NCBI GenBank assembly: GCA_041389085.1
Contig: JAWKSL010000001.1
Coordinates: 228,542-292,541 of the forward strand
Source of the DNA: Minisyncoccota bacterium
GTDB lineage: Bacteria > Patescibacteriota > Minisyncoccia > UBA6257 > 1-14-0-10-44-23
DNA: 64,000 nt
Reading direction: 5' to 3'
In this document: piece by piece, positions 37,594-47,056 of the stretch
How positions within the stretch are numbered: the first letter of the stretch is position 1
Layout: each line of letters starts with the position of its first letter
Notes under the pieces: model-generated
The model's input: only the letters and a program-made list of their open reading frames with translations
Database searches by the model: none
Told to the model about the DNA's origin: nothing
Program-made: the position numbers and the translations under genes

Positions 37594-37806
37594 TCAGGGG
37601 AAGGCAACGAGATCGTCGTCGCTTGCATGCCCTGCACGCTTCGTACGCTCCGCAAGCTCGTTGATGTCGGTCTTCTTGAAGACCATCTGGCCTCCGTCTC
37701 TGAAGGCGCGGATCTCCCCTTCCGTAACGAGGCGCTTGAGGCGATTCTCGTCGATACCGAGCACTTCCATTGTCTCGTCAAAGCTGTAGTAGGCGGACCC
37801 TTCCAT
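37594..37806 (-). CDS. small HTH DNA-binding protein (excisionase/MerR-like), GC-rich
   Basis: METLGIDENRLKRLVTEGEIRAF helix-turn-helix; 70 aa. Confidence 0.5.
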   Translation of the reverse strand: MEGSAYYSFDETMEVLGIDENRLKRLVTEGEIRAFRDGGQMVFKKTDINELAERTKRAGHASDDDLVAFP

Positions 37807-37926
37807 TTCTGAGCTCCTTTCGTTTTGGGTATGAGCTTACATTTTATCGCTTTGCTTGGCAAGGAATTGCTTTTTTTGAAACCAAAAACGGCCTACGCAT
37901 ATACGTAGGCCGTTTTTCTCAATCTT

Positions 37927-40071
37927 CTATTTCTTCGGTTCCTCTTTCTTTGGCTCGAGGGCCTTCATTGAGAGGCCGATTTTTCCGCCTTCTACCTTTA
38001 TGATTTTGGCTTTTACTACTTGGCCTTCTTTTACTACGTCGGTAACGTTTTTCACAAACCCGTTTTTGAGCTCGCTTACGTGTATCATACCGTCTCTACC
38101 TCCTCCGAAGTCTACTATAGCTCCGAACTCAAGTATGCGGCTGATAGGGCCTTCTATAATCTCCCCTACTTGGAACTCGCGCGCAATCATTTCTACTTGC
38201 TTGAGAGCAGCTTTTCCTGCTTCTTGATTGTCGGCGCTGATAAATACGAGTCCGTCTTCTTCTATGTCGATAGCAAGTGCTCCGGTTGAAGCGATAATGC
38301 CGTTGATGTTTTTACCACCTGGGCCGATAAGCTCACCAATCTTATCTACTGGGATTCTGGTCTTAAGAATGAGTGGAGCGTATTGGCTGAGCTCTTTTGG
38401 AGCTGCGAGTGTAGCTTTCATGTGCTCGAGTATTTGAAGGCGAGCTTTCTTTGAAGCTTCCATAGCATCTTTAAGCATTGGTGCGGTTAGCCCTTCTATC
38501 TTCACGTCCATCTGCATAGCAGTTACTCCTTCTGAAGTTCCCGCTACCTTGAAGTCTGCATCTCCGAAGTGGTCTTCTGGGCCCTGGATGTCGGTAAGTA
38601 TTTTGTACTGGCTCGCATCTTCGCTGCTGATAAGGCCCATAGCGATTCCTGCTACTGGCTTCTTGAGCGGAACTCCAGCGTCGAGGAGTGAGAGAGTGCT
38701 TGCACATACGGTAGCCATAGAAGAGCTTCCGTTTGAGCTTACGATTTCAGAAACGGTGCGCACTGCATATGGGAAGTCTTCAAGACTTGGCATCATGTTC
38801 TCAAGCGCCTTCTTTGCAAGAGCTCCGTGTCCTACTTCGCGGCGGCCTGCTCCTCTAAACATACCAACTTCTCCTACTGAGTATGGAGGGAAGTTGTAGT
38901 GAAGCATAAAGCGGTTCTTTCCTACCTTGAAAGTGTTTTCAACTATCTGGTCTTGGCCTGGAGGTGCGATAGTGGTTATAGCGAGAGACTGAGTTGTTCC
39001 TCGTGAGAAGAAAGCGCTTCCGTGAGTTCGCGCAAAGAGCCCTACTTCAGAGTAGAGTGTGCGAATTTGGTCTAGCGGGCGGCTGTCTACACGCTTTTCT
39101 TCTGCAAGAATGCGCTCGTGCATACGCTTGTCGATAAGCTTGTCTACAAAGCCGTTTGCAAACGCACGCTGGCCTTCGTCTACTCCTTCAGCTTCGAGGT
39201 GCGCTGCAAGCTCCTCTTCTATTCCCTTTATATTTTTGGTTCGCTCTGAGTTGTCTTCGCAGTAAATCGCTGCATCTATTTTTTCTGCAGTTACAAACGC
39301 GCTAATTTTCTGTTTGTTTTCTTCGGTAAGGTCTTTGAATGCAACTTCTTCCTTTGGCTTTCCAATTTCTTTAACAATTTTTTCTTGGAAAGCTACAAGA
39401 GTTGCGATTTCTTTTTGTGCTGCTTCAAAAGCTGCTTGAATGTTTTCTTCCTTTGCATCGATACCTTCAAGCTCGATCATATTTATCTTCTCTTTGGTTC
39501 CTGCTACGAAAGCATCGAACTCAAACTCATCTTTTACTTCTACAGCATCGATAGACTTTGGAAGTGAAGGCTTATTTGCGTTTATGAGAAGCTTGCCATC
39601 TTTGTGGGTAAGCTTTACTCCGGCTACTGGGCCAGCCCATGGCACATTTGAAATAGAGAGTGCTACTGAGGTGGTAATAAGGCCAAGGAAGTCGCTCTCT
39701 TGCTCTGGGTCGAGGCTGAGCGGGGTAATAACTACCTGAATTTCTCGGCGGAGCTTGTCGTCGAAAAGTGGGCGCACGGTGCGGTCGATAACGCGACCTG
39801 CAAGAATGCTCTCGTCGCTTGGTCGGCCTTCGCGGCGGATAAAGCGAGCTCCCATAATGCGGCCTGCAGCGTAAAAACGCTCTTGGTACTCAATACGAAG
39901 TGGGAAGTAAGGAAGGTCTACGTCCTTACTATCCATAACTACTGTTACTAATATTGCGCTGTCGCCGTAGCGGCCGATAACGCTGGCGTTTGCCTGGCCT
40001 GCTAGGTCTGATGTTTCAAAACTTAGTTTCTTTCCTGCAAATTCTGTTTCAAATACTTTCTGGTTTAACAT
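37927..40071 (-). CDS. pnp: polyribonucleotide nucleotidyltransferase
   Basis: Two RNase PH domains plus KH and S1 domains; 714 aa. Confidence 0.9.
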   Translation of the reverse strand: MLNQKVFETEFAGKKLSFETSDLAGQANASVIGRYGDSAILVTVVMDSKDVDLPYFPLRIEYQERFYAAGRIMGARFIRREGRPSDESILAGRVIDRTVRPLFDDKLRREIQVVITPLSLDPEQESDFLGLITTSVALSISNVPWAGPVAGVKLTHKDGKLLINANKPSLPKSIDAVEVKDEFEFDAFVAGTKEKINMIELEGIDAKEENIQAAFEAAQKEIATLVAFQEKIVKEIGKPKEEVAFKDLTEENKQKISAFVTAEKIDAAIYCEDNSERTKNIKGIEEELAAHLEAEGVDEGQRAFANGFVDKLIDKRMHERILAEEKRVDSRPLDQIRTLYSEVGLFARTHGSAFFSRGTTQSLAITTIAPPGQDQIVENTFKVGKNRFMLHYNFPPYSVGEVGMFRGAGRREVGHGALAKKALENMMPSLEDFPYAVRTVSEIVSSNGSSSMATVCASTLSLLDAGVPLKKPVAGIAMGLISSEDASQYKILTDIQGPEDHFGDADFKVAGTSEGVTAMQMDVKIEGLTAPMLKDAMEASKKARLQILEHMKATLAAPKELSQYAPLILKTRIPVDKIGELIGPGGKNINGIIASTGALAIDIEEDGLVFISADNQEAGKAALKQVEMIAREFQVGEIIEGPISRILEFGAIVDFGGGRDGMIHVSELKNGFVKNVTDVVKEGQVVKAKIIKVEGGKIGLSMKALEPKKEEPKK

Positions 40072-40085
40072 TCTTTTTGTTTATT

Positions 40086-40694
40086 CTACTTTTCTGATGA
40101 TTCTTTCTTTGGCTTGTGAGCTGACTTTGGTTTCTTCGCTCCCCTCTTTCGACGAATTTTTGTAAGGGCTTGCGGTATTTCTTCGATAGCTATGAAGCGG
40201 TCGGCTACTTCTTTGAGCTGGTTGTTTGAGCTCTTGCTAAACGCTGCTACCCATACCTCTTTTCCTTTTCCGAGCTGGAGATAGTCGAGAAGTGGGAGGA
40301 AGTCTCCGTCTCCGGTCATGAGCACAATTATATCGAGGTCTTGGCTCATGCGCACGGCGTCTATCGCCATACCTACGTCCCAGTCTGCCTTTTTAACTCC
40401 GCCTTGGAAAACTTGGATGTCTTTTATACGAAGAGTGAGCCCAGTCTTTTCGAGTGCGTCGAAAAAGCTCGCTTCAGTCTTTCCGGTAACTGTTTCAAGT
40501 CCTTTTTCTGTTCCTGGGAGAACTTTTTCACTTTGTACTACGTATGCAAATGCGCGAACGAGCTTTTTGTCTTTTGCTATTTCGCCAATAAGTTCTTTGT
40601 AATTAACTCTGCTGTCGTAAATGTTTTTAGCGCTGTGGTAGAGGTTTTGAACGTCTATAAAAATTCCAATGCGCTGATCTTTGTATTCAATCAT
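40086..40694 (-). CDS. NYN/LabA-like (PIN-fold) domain protein with lysine-rich tail
   Basis: RIGIFIDVQNLYHSAKN...LMTGDGDF motifs; lies between rpsO and pnp. Confidence 0.65.
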   Translation of the reverse strand: MIEYKDQRIGIFIDVQNLYHSAKNIYDSRVNYKELIGEIAKDKKLVRAFAYVVQSEKVLPGTEKGLETVTGKTEASFFDALEKTGLTLRIKDIQVFQGGVKKADWDVGMAIDAVRMSQDLDIIVLMTGDGDFLPLLDYLQLGKGKEVWVAAFSKSSNNQLKEVADRFIAIEEIPQALTKIRRKRGAKKPKSAHKPKKESSEK

Positions 40695-40730
40695 ATATAA
40701 AAATGTAAAGCCCCGAAGAGGGGCCCTACC

Positions 40731-40994
40731 TTACTTCTTAAGTCCGATTTTTTTAATGAGAGCTTTGTAGTCCTTTGAGCTCTTCTTTTCGAAGTAGCTT
40801 AGGAGTCTGCGGCGCTTTCCTACCATCATAAGTAGTCCGCGACGGCTGTGGTTGTCCTTAGGGTTTTTCTTAAGGTGAGAGGTAAGCTCAGTAATCCTCT
40901 TACTCAAAAGTGCAACTTGAACTGGAACAGAACCGGTGTCTTTGTCAGCGGTTTTGTACTCGTTTATTGCTCTTTTCTTCTTTTGCTTAGTTAA
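40731..40994 (-). CDS. rpsO: 30S ribosomal protein S15
   Basis: LTKQKKK...HLKKNPKDNHSRRGLLMMVGKRRRLL. Confidence 0.85.
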   Translation of the reverse strand, partial: LTKQKKKRAINEYKTADKDTGSVPVQVALLSKRITELTSHLKKNPKDNHSRRGLLMMVGKRRRLLSYFEKKSSKDYKALIKKIGLKK

Positions 40995-41034
40995 CATACT
41001 ATTTTTCAATTATACCTTATTTTGTCTTCTTTGT

Positions 41035-41898
41035 CTAGCCCCTCTCGTTTCCATATATTTCGTCGACTATTTCGACATCTTTCCCGCTCTGTTTGAGAAG
41101 ATCGATGTTTTTCTCCTCTATCGAGCGAAGAAGCTCTATACCCTTGCTGTCGTCTTTGCATGTTCTTTCATATAAGTCGCGAAAGGCTGCAAAATCTTTC
41201 AAAAGGCAGACTCCTCCGGCTCCTCTTCCCTCTGTTTTGCCGCTTCCGATGTCTGGGGTCTTAGTCCACTCCTCTCCTATGCGCGGGTCGTGCACTATAG
41301 CTTCTCTGAGCGCGTGCCAATCGGCACCAATTTCTTTTGAAAGCTCGTAGAGAAGGTTGAAATAGACTACTTTTGTATATCCGAAACAGTTGCTGGCGTA
41401 CTTTATAAGCTCGGCCTCTTTTGCAGAGCACACTTTTTCGTAGGGAGCTTTCGGAAGGAGCTTGAGTATTTCGTTTGCTCTTTCTTTATAGCTCTCTTCG
41501 TCTTTCGCGCAGCCGACGATGTTTCGCTGTGGGTTTTTCGCATCTTCCTTTGCTCTCCGTGCAGTTAGAAACTCTGGTGAGTGGAAAATGTATTTGTTTG
41601 GGAATTGAGATTGTAGCTTCTCAGTTGTTCCTGGGATGAGCGTAGACTTTATGACGACGCTTGCACCATCTTTTGCAAGCTCTACCGCTGAATATACAGC
41701 GCTTGGGTCGAACCCTTCCTTTGTAGTTGGTGTCGGCACTGCTACAAAGACAATGTCGGCTTCGCTTACCTTTTGCTTGTTTTGCACATATGGCTCCTCG
41801 AGGCCGTAGCGGATGACGCTTATGCCTCTTTCCTCAAATTCATCTGAGTAGGCTTTACCAATAAAGCCCTGGCCGATAAATGCAATTGTTTGCGACAT
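41035..41898 (-). CDS. UDP-glucose/GDP-mannose dehydrogenase-family protein (truncated form, no C-terminal domain)
   Basis: IAFIGQGFIGKA Rossmann fold, ADIVFVAVPTP, and GGVCLLKD catalytic Cys motif. Confidence 0.55.
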   Translation of the reverse strand: MSQTIAFIGQGFIGKAYSDEFEERGISVIRYGLEEPYVQNKQKVSEADIVFVAVPTPTTKEGFDPSAVYSAVELAKDGASVVIKSTLIPGTTEKLQSQFPNKYIFHSPEFLTARRAKEDAKNPQRNIVGCAKDEESYKERANEILKLLPKAPYEKVCSAKEAELIKYASNCFGYTKVVYFNLLYELSKEIGADWHALREAIVHDPRIGEEWTKTPDIGSGKTEGRGAGGVCLLKDFAAFRDLYERTCKDDSKGIELLRSIEEKNIDLLKQSGKDVEIVDEIYGNERG

Positions 41899-41919
41899 TG
41901 TCTTTGAGCGTTAGCGCTT

Positions 41920-42993
41920 CTATTTAGAAGCGAGTTTGAGAATAATTCTCTTTTCTTCTGGCTTGATGAGCTCGATAGTGAACTCATAACCCTTTCCGAG
42001 TTCAAGCTTTTCTTTCATAGCTTCTACTGATCCGAACTCTGAAACGTGGATGAGCCCTTGGATGTCTTCATCGAGAGCTACGAATGCTCCAAATGGGTTG
42101 AAGCGAGACACCGTTCCTTTGATAGTCTGGCCTTGGGCGTACTTTTCTCCGATTTTCTCCCATGGGTTTTCCTTGAGAGCTTTGAGTGAAAGGCTTACGC
42201 GGCCGTTTTTGATTTCTACTACTTTTGCCTTTACGCTGTCGCCTACTTTGAGAACTTCTTTCGGGTTTTCGATAAGGCGGTGGTCTATTTCACTGATGTG
42301 AATGAGTCCTTCAACTTCTGGCTGGTCTGCAAACTTTATAAATGCTCCAAAGTCTGCAACTCCTGATACAACTCCGTCGATAATGTCTCCTTCGTTGTAC
42401 TTGTTGAGAAGTGCTTTTACGCTTTCTCCCGCAACTTCTTTTTCTGAGACGATGAGCTTGTTTGAGCCTTGGTTTGAGTTGATAATCTTTACCTTTATCT
42501 TCTTACCAATAAGCTTCTTAAGTTCTTCAAGGATTTTTTCCTTGCTCCCGTCTTCAACGCGTGGGTAGTTGTCTGGTCCAAGCTGGCTTGCTGGAAGGAA
42601 TGCCTTTACTCCGGCAACTTCGGTCATAAGACCTCCAGAGTTTGCTCCCATTATTTCTACTTCGATAGCCTCGTCTTTTTCCTCAACTTCTTTTACTTCG
42701 CTCCAAAGCTTCTGGTTTCCTACTTCAGAAAGTGAAAGGTCTATATATCCGTCTTCATCTTCCTGTGTGAGAACCTTGATGCTTGTGGTGTCGCCCTCTT
42801 TGAGAGCCTTTAGTGCCTCAGATGCGTTGGTAAACTCTATTCCGTAAAGGCGTCCTGTTCCAAAGCGTCCAAGGTTGAAGAATGCTGCGCGCTTTTCTTT
42901 CTTTATAAGCACAGCGTCTACGAAGTCACCTTCTTTTATCTTCTTAAGGTCTTCGCTCTTATCTTTTAGTATCTTGTTTAGTAGTTCTGACAT
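41920..42993 (-). CDS. rpsA: 30S ribosomal protein S1 (four S1 domains)
   Basis: Repeated S1-domain pattern (G.V.GTV...FGAFV). Confidence 0.75.
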   Translation of the reverse strand: MSELLNKILKDKSEDLKKIKEGDFVDAVLIKKEKRAAFFNLGRFGTGRLYGIEFTNASEALKALKEGDTTSIKVLTQEDEDGYIDLSLSEVGNQKLWSEVKEVEEKDEAIEVEIMGANSGGLMTEVAGVKAFLPASQLGPDNYPRVEDGSKEKILEELKKLIGKKIKVKIINSNQGSNKLIVSEKEVAGESVKALLNKYNEGDIIDGVVSGVADFGAFIKFADQPEVEGLIHISEIDHRLIENPKEVLKVGDSVKAKVVEIKNGRVSLSLKALKENPWEKIGEKYAQGQTIKGTVSRFNPFGAFVALDEDIQGLIHVSEFGSVEAMKEKLELGKGYEFTIELIKPEEKRIILKLASK

Positions 42994-43215
42994 ATTGTTT
43001 TCTTCGCGATCTCTTTGCCTACTCGCCTAATTCCTTCGCTTTGCTCAGGATTTGGGCGGGTTATTTCACTGCGTGAAATAAAAAACAAACCTTCTGTTAA
43101 TTGTAATAAGATCTTCCGGCAGTAGGTTTGTTTAAGACTGGTCGGAAGCTCTTTAAAAGGTAGATAAATACTAGGTTAAATGCGCCTTTTGGTCAAGGCG
43201 TGTTAATATCGTTAT

Positions 43216-44100
43216 ATGAAAACACTACAGGAGGCCCTTGCATGGGCTAGTGAGAAGAAAGTAGCTATTGGGCACTTTAACGTAGCGAACATCGAAGCCC
43301 TCAAAGCTATATTTGAAGCGGCTCAGGAACTATCGACTGAAGCTGGGTTTAAAATTCCGGTAATCATTGGTCTTTCTGAGGGAGAGAGAAAGTTTGTCGG
43401 CGAGCACGCAGCAGTTGCGCTTATAAAACACATGCGCGAGCGCTACGACTACCCTATTTTCCTCAACGCTGACCACACGTATGACGATGAAATGGCGAAG
43501 GAAGCGGTACGTGCTGGATACGACAGCGTGATAATCGATGGGGCAAACCTTTCTTACGACGAAAACCTAGAAAAGACGAAGCGATTTGTAGAGTTTGCTC
43601 GCACACAAAACCCAGATTGTTTGGTAGAGGCTGAAGTTGGCTACATCGGTAGCGGGTCAAATATAAAAGAGGCTCTTCCTGAGGGTGCGGCTATAACTGA
43701 AGATACGGTAACTAAAGTTGATGAAGCGGTGCGCTTTGTAAATAAAACTGGCGTAGACTTGCTCGCTCCTGCAGTTGGGAACATTCATGGAATGCTGAAG
43801 GGGGCTAAGAACCCAAACCTTATAATTTCGCGCATTAAGGAAATAGCTGAAGCTACTGGGAAGCCACTCGTGCTTCACGGAGGAAGTGGGATTTCAGACG
43901 AAGACTTTAGTGCTGCTATCGAAGCTGGTATACGCATCGTGCACATTTCTACAGAACTTCGACGTGCATATAAAGAAGCTTTGGATGCATCTCTTGCCGC
44001 TTCCCCTTCTGAGCTTGCGCCGTACAAGATAATGGCGCCTGTAGTAGATGCTATGAAAGCTGTTGTAACAGCACGGCTTAAACTTTTTACGAATTTGTAG
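43216..44100 (+). CDS. fba: class II fructose-bisphosphate aldolase
   Basis: IGHFNVANIEALKAI...LHGGSGISDED. Confidence 0.8.
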   Translation: MKTLQEALAWASEKKVAIGHFNVANIEALKAIFEAAQELSTEAGFKIPVIIGLSEGERKFVGEHAAVALIKHMRERYDYPIFLNADHTYDDEMAKEAVRAGYDSVIIDGANLSYDENLEKTKRFVEFARTQNPDCLVEAEVGYIGSGSNIKEALPEGAAITEDTVTKVDEAVRFVNKTGVDLLAPAVGNIHGMLKGAKNPNLIISRIKEIAEATGKPLVLHGGSGISDEDFSAAIEAGIRIVHISTELRRAYKEALDASLAASPSELAPYKIMAPVVDAMKAVVTARLKLFTNL

Positions 44101-44126
44101 TTGTTACGTAGCTTGCTACGTAACAA
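44101..44126. repeat. perfect 26-bp palindrome ttgttacgtagcttgctacgtaacaa
   Basis: Same element as 2369-2398; lies just past the terminator of the minus-strand mini-gene. Confidence 0.55.
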
Positions 44127-44127
44127 G

Positions 44128-44160
44128 AAGTGAAGAGGCGCGACTCAGGGAGAGTCGCGC
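44128..44160. terminator. bidirectional terminator (fba on +, mini-gene on -)
   Basis: ggcgcgactcagggagagtcgcgcc followed by tttcg. Confidence 0.55.
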
Positions 44161-44303
44161 CTTTCGCGTGTGAGGCTGTCGCCGCTTACGAAGAAGAGAA
44201 GGGCGGCAGTGAAGGCAGCTACGAGGAGCCCGACCCACCACAGGCCAGTTCCCTTTGCGACTCCGAAACCAAGCGCAGATCCGATGATGAGGTCGCAGTG
44301 CAT
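44145..44303 (-). CDS. unannotated 52-aa hydrophobic mini-protein, GC-rich (cassette D)
   Basis: Perfect SD aggagg sits 5 nt upstream of ATG. Sequence MHCDLIIGSALGFGVAKGTGLWWVGLLVAAFTAALLFFVSGDSLTRERRDSP. A TTGACC promoter lies upstream; the stop codon is inside the terminator hairpin. Confidence 0.45.
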   Translation of the reverse strand: MHCDLIIGSALGFGVAKGTGLWWVGLLVAAFTAALLFFVSGDSLTRERRDSP

Positions 44304-44390
44304 GGGGCCTCCTTTTACTATTATTCAGCCAGCTTTTTTGCCTCTGGTCAATACTTTTAAACCTGCCGTAATTTAACTACACTAGCTTTA

Positions 44391-44837
44391 ATGATTAGTT
44401 TGATTGTTGCGATGGACAAGGAGCGATGCATTGGCAAGAACGGTTCTTTGCCGTGGCATCTTCGCGCTGATTTGCAGCGCTTAAAAGATATAACTACTGG
44501 GAACGCAATTATTATGGGGCGCGCAACTTTTGAATCGATTGGTAAGGCGCTGCCAAATCGGCAAAACATTGTTCTTACCTCTGATAAGAACTTTTCTTTT
44601 CCTGGTGTTGAGGTTGCAAATTCTCTCCAGGAGGCTTTTGGGCTTGTGGAAGATGGCCGGGAGGCAATTGTGTTTGGCGGAGCTTCTGTCTATGAAGCTG
44701 CGCTGCCGCAGGTTGCCGTCGACATCGTAACGCCAAAAGTCGAGCTATGCGAAGTGGAAACTTTTAGCATGATCAAACCAGACGTTGTTGTAATTTCTCA
44801 ATCAACAAAAGCACACGACAGGAGAAACAGTTGCTGA
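44391..44837 (+). CDS. folA: dihydrofolate reductase
   Basis: MISLIVAMDKERCIGKNGSLPWHL...TTGNAIIMGRATFESIG. Confidence 0.8.
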   Translation: MISLIVAMDKERCIGKNGSLPWHLRADLQRLKDITTGNAIIMGRATFESIGKALPNRQNIVLTSDKNFSFPGVEVANSLQEAFGLVEDGREAIVFGGASVYEAALPQVAVDIVTPKVELCEVETFSMIKPDVVVISQSTKAHDRRNSC

Positions 44838-45375
44838 TCTGGGAAGGTTTCAGGTGCTGAAGTTGCTTGTTTTCAAAACCACAAGCGACTACTTCAACAA
44901 TTGCAAAGCTTCGTCTTATGCAGATTTCTACTGCAAAGAAGTTACGGAAACACTTCCACAAAAGATGGCTCAGCTCATTGAAGAGCTGGCGGGCGGAGAA
45001 GTTTCTAAGAGCCGAAAAAAGAAATGAAAATAGTTCTTTGCTACTTGCCAGTTTTGCACGAAGAAGAATTATTATCAGTTTCAAAACCTACAAAGACACT
45101 GGTATTTGTATTCTTGGGGAAAACTTTTTTGAAGACAAGCCTCTTTCAAGGAGCATCCCCGCGCACTCGGCCTGTTTTAGCTAAAAAAGCTCTTAAAGGC
45201 TGGGCAATCTTCCCAGCAGTGCGCATAGTCGAAAAAGCCGACGTGCTAAACCTTGATAAAGAAGGGGCTCTGATAGTAATGCCAAACGATGAGTTGTGAG
45301 TGACGCGATCTTACGACTTCTGAGCTCAACTTTCCTTCGACTCTATCTTTTTGCGTTGGGATAAGCACCGCGCTA

Positions 45376-45837
45376 TGGAAATGAAACCAGTAGAAGTTGA
45401 CCAAACGCTTTCAGCTGAAGATTTCCTGCGTGGATTCTTTCAAGTTTAAAAATGAAGCAGAAGAAAAAGGCTCTAAGACATTTGGCGCCGCATTGGTGCG
45501 GCGATCGTGAAGAGACGGTGAAATTGTTTCGCAACGTACAATAAGCATGTACCAAGTGAGCACGCCCATTTAGCCTCTGGTGATCCGAAATAATTTTCAA
45601 AGGAGTTTGCGTTGAACTCTCTGTTTTTGCATGCAGAGTCTGCATGTTGCGCAGGCTGCCAAAAATGGAGTTTCTCTTGAGGGTGCAGACATGTATCTGG
45701 CGGGTGTTTCCTTGCCGCCCTGCGCTAAGGGCTGTTGCTTATTCGGGCGTAAAGACACTACTCCTGGTGGGTACAGAGTTCTCAGCAGTGCTGACATACT
45801 CAAGGCTCAAGGAGTGGAAATAATATACGTAGGCTAG
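45376..45837 (+). pseudogene. dCMP deaminase (ComEB-like) pseudogene, frameshifted
   Basis: Pieces in different frames: FGAALVRRS (VGAVIV-like), then an intact C-terminal half in-frame, ...GADMYLAGVSLPPCAKGC (PCxxC zinc motif). Confidence 0.5.
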
Positions 45838-47056
45838 ATTCGTAAATGAGAAAGGCGCGCAACACTTGCGCAGCCAATCGCGCCTTTCACGTGCTAACCG
45901 TTAGGCCTTCTTCATCCTGCCCTCGAGCAGCTGGAGCTCTTCTTGTAGTGGGCGCATGACTGCTTCAACGGCTCAGTGCTGCCGCCACGCTGAGCTCGTA
46001 AGGCGTCTCGGAAGACCTCTACGAGGCTCCTTTCTCCTCGAGCTTCTCACGGCGTCTGCCTTGAAGAGAGGCAGACGCCTCTGCGCTGCCATTCGGCACG
46101 AGCACGTTCTGTGTCACAGGTGGCGGATGGTGCCTGCGATCGAGGCGCACGGATCAGCCGAAGCGCATGAGCGAACCACCACCAGGAAGGTTGATGCCCT
46201 TGATGAACCCTCCACTCATCATCTGCCTCCGGGAAGGTGCCGATCCCTCTCCAGTGGCTCGGCTCCACCAGGGGCCGAGTCAGTCTTGTGTTCACGGGGA
46301 GCCATGACCGGTGGCGGCAGTACCCTTCGCTGGGTAGAGTTGGCCCAGAAGCTCTCCATCCGGAGTGCTCGACGAACACGCCTTGTTCTTCTCGGGGTCG
46401 AGGTTGCAGAAGGGCACTCTCCTGCCTGCAGCATGTTGCGCATGGCAACAGTACTGGGTAGCATGAAAGTACTTGCAGCGCAGCGGTCTTCATGATCCTG
46501 TGGTTGAAATTCGCAGCTCTTGGGGTGCACGAGATTATCCTCGCTGGGGTTCCTAGTTCTTGGGTTCTTCTCGGTTTTCAACTATTTTCCCCGCTGTAGT
46601 CAAGCAGCTGCACGAGTTTTTACCTTGACTGACTGGTGGTTTGGCTGAAATCTACGTTTCCTTGTAGAAGTTGTGCGTGTATGTGCTTTACACTTCGCCG
46701 GTGTATTTTGTGTTTAAAGCGGACAAATGAAGGAGCACTACTTCCCCTGTGTTGTCCTGCGAGCCACTGCCAGTGCCTTCCGAAACTCTTCAAATTCCTG
46801 GCAAGGCCAGTTCACTGATATGCTCGGCGTGTCTTTTAAAATAAGGATGAAATGATTTGCTTTGTTCCTTCGTATGGCTTGCTGGTTTTTGTCGTAAGCC
46901 AGAGTCTCCTTCTTTGAGAATTGGTTCTTTGTGGTACTTATCCTAGGCTTTCTTTACAGAAAGGGCAATTGTCGTCTTCTACTATTTGCTGCATCACTTT
47001 TTTCTGCTCGTCGATGCGTGAATTTCAAATCTGCAAGTGTTTCTTTCGCTCATATT

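Noticed and set aside
45956-46581. Three overlapping 120-180-aa ORFs on both strands in the GC-rich block
   Set aside because: They are arginine-rich, lack hydrophobic cores and overlap each other on both strands. This is the typical artefact of high-GC non-coding DNA, so they are not called as proteins.
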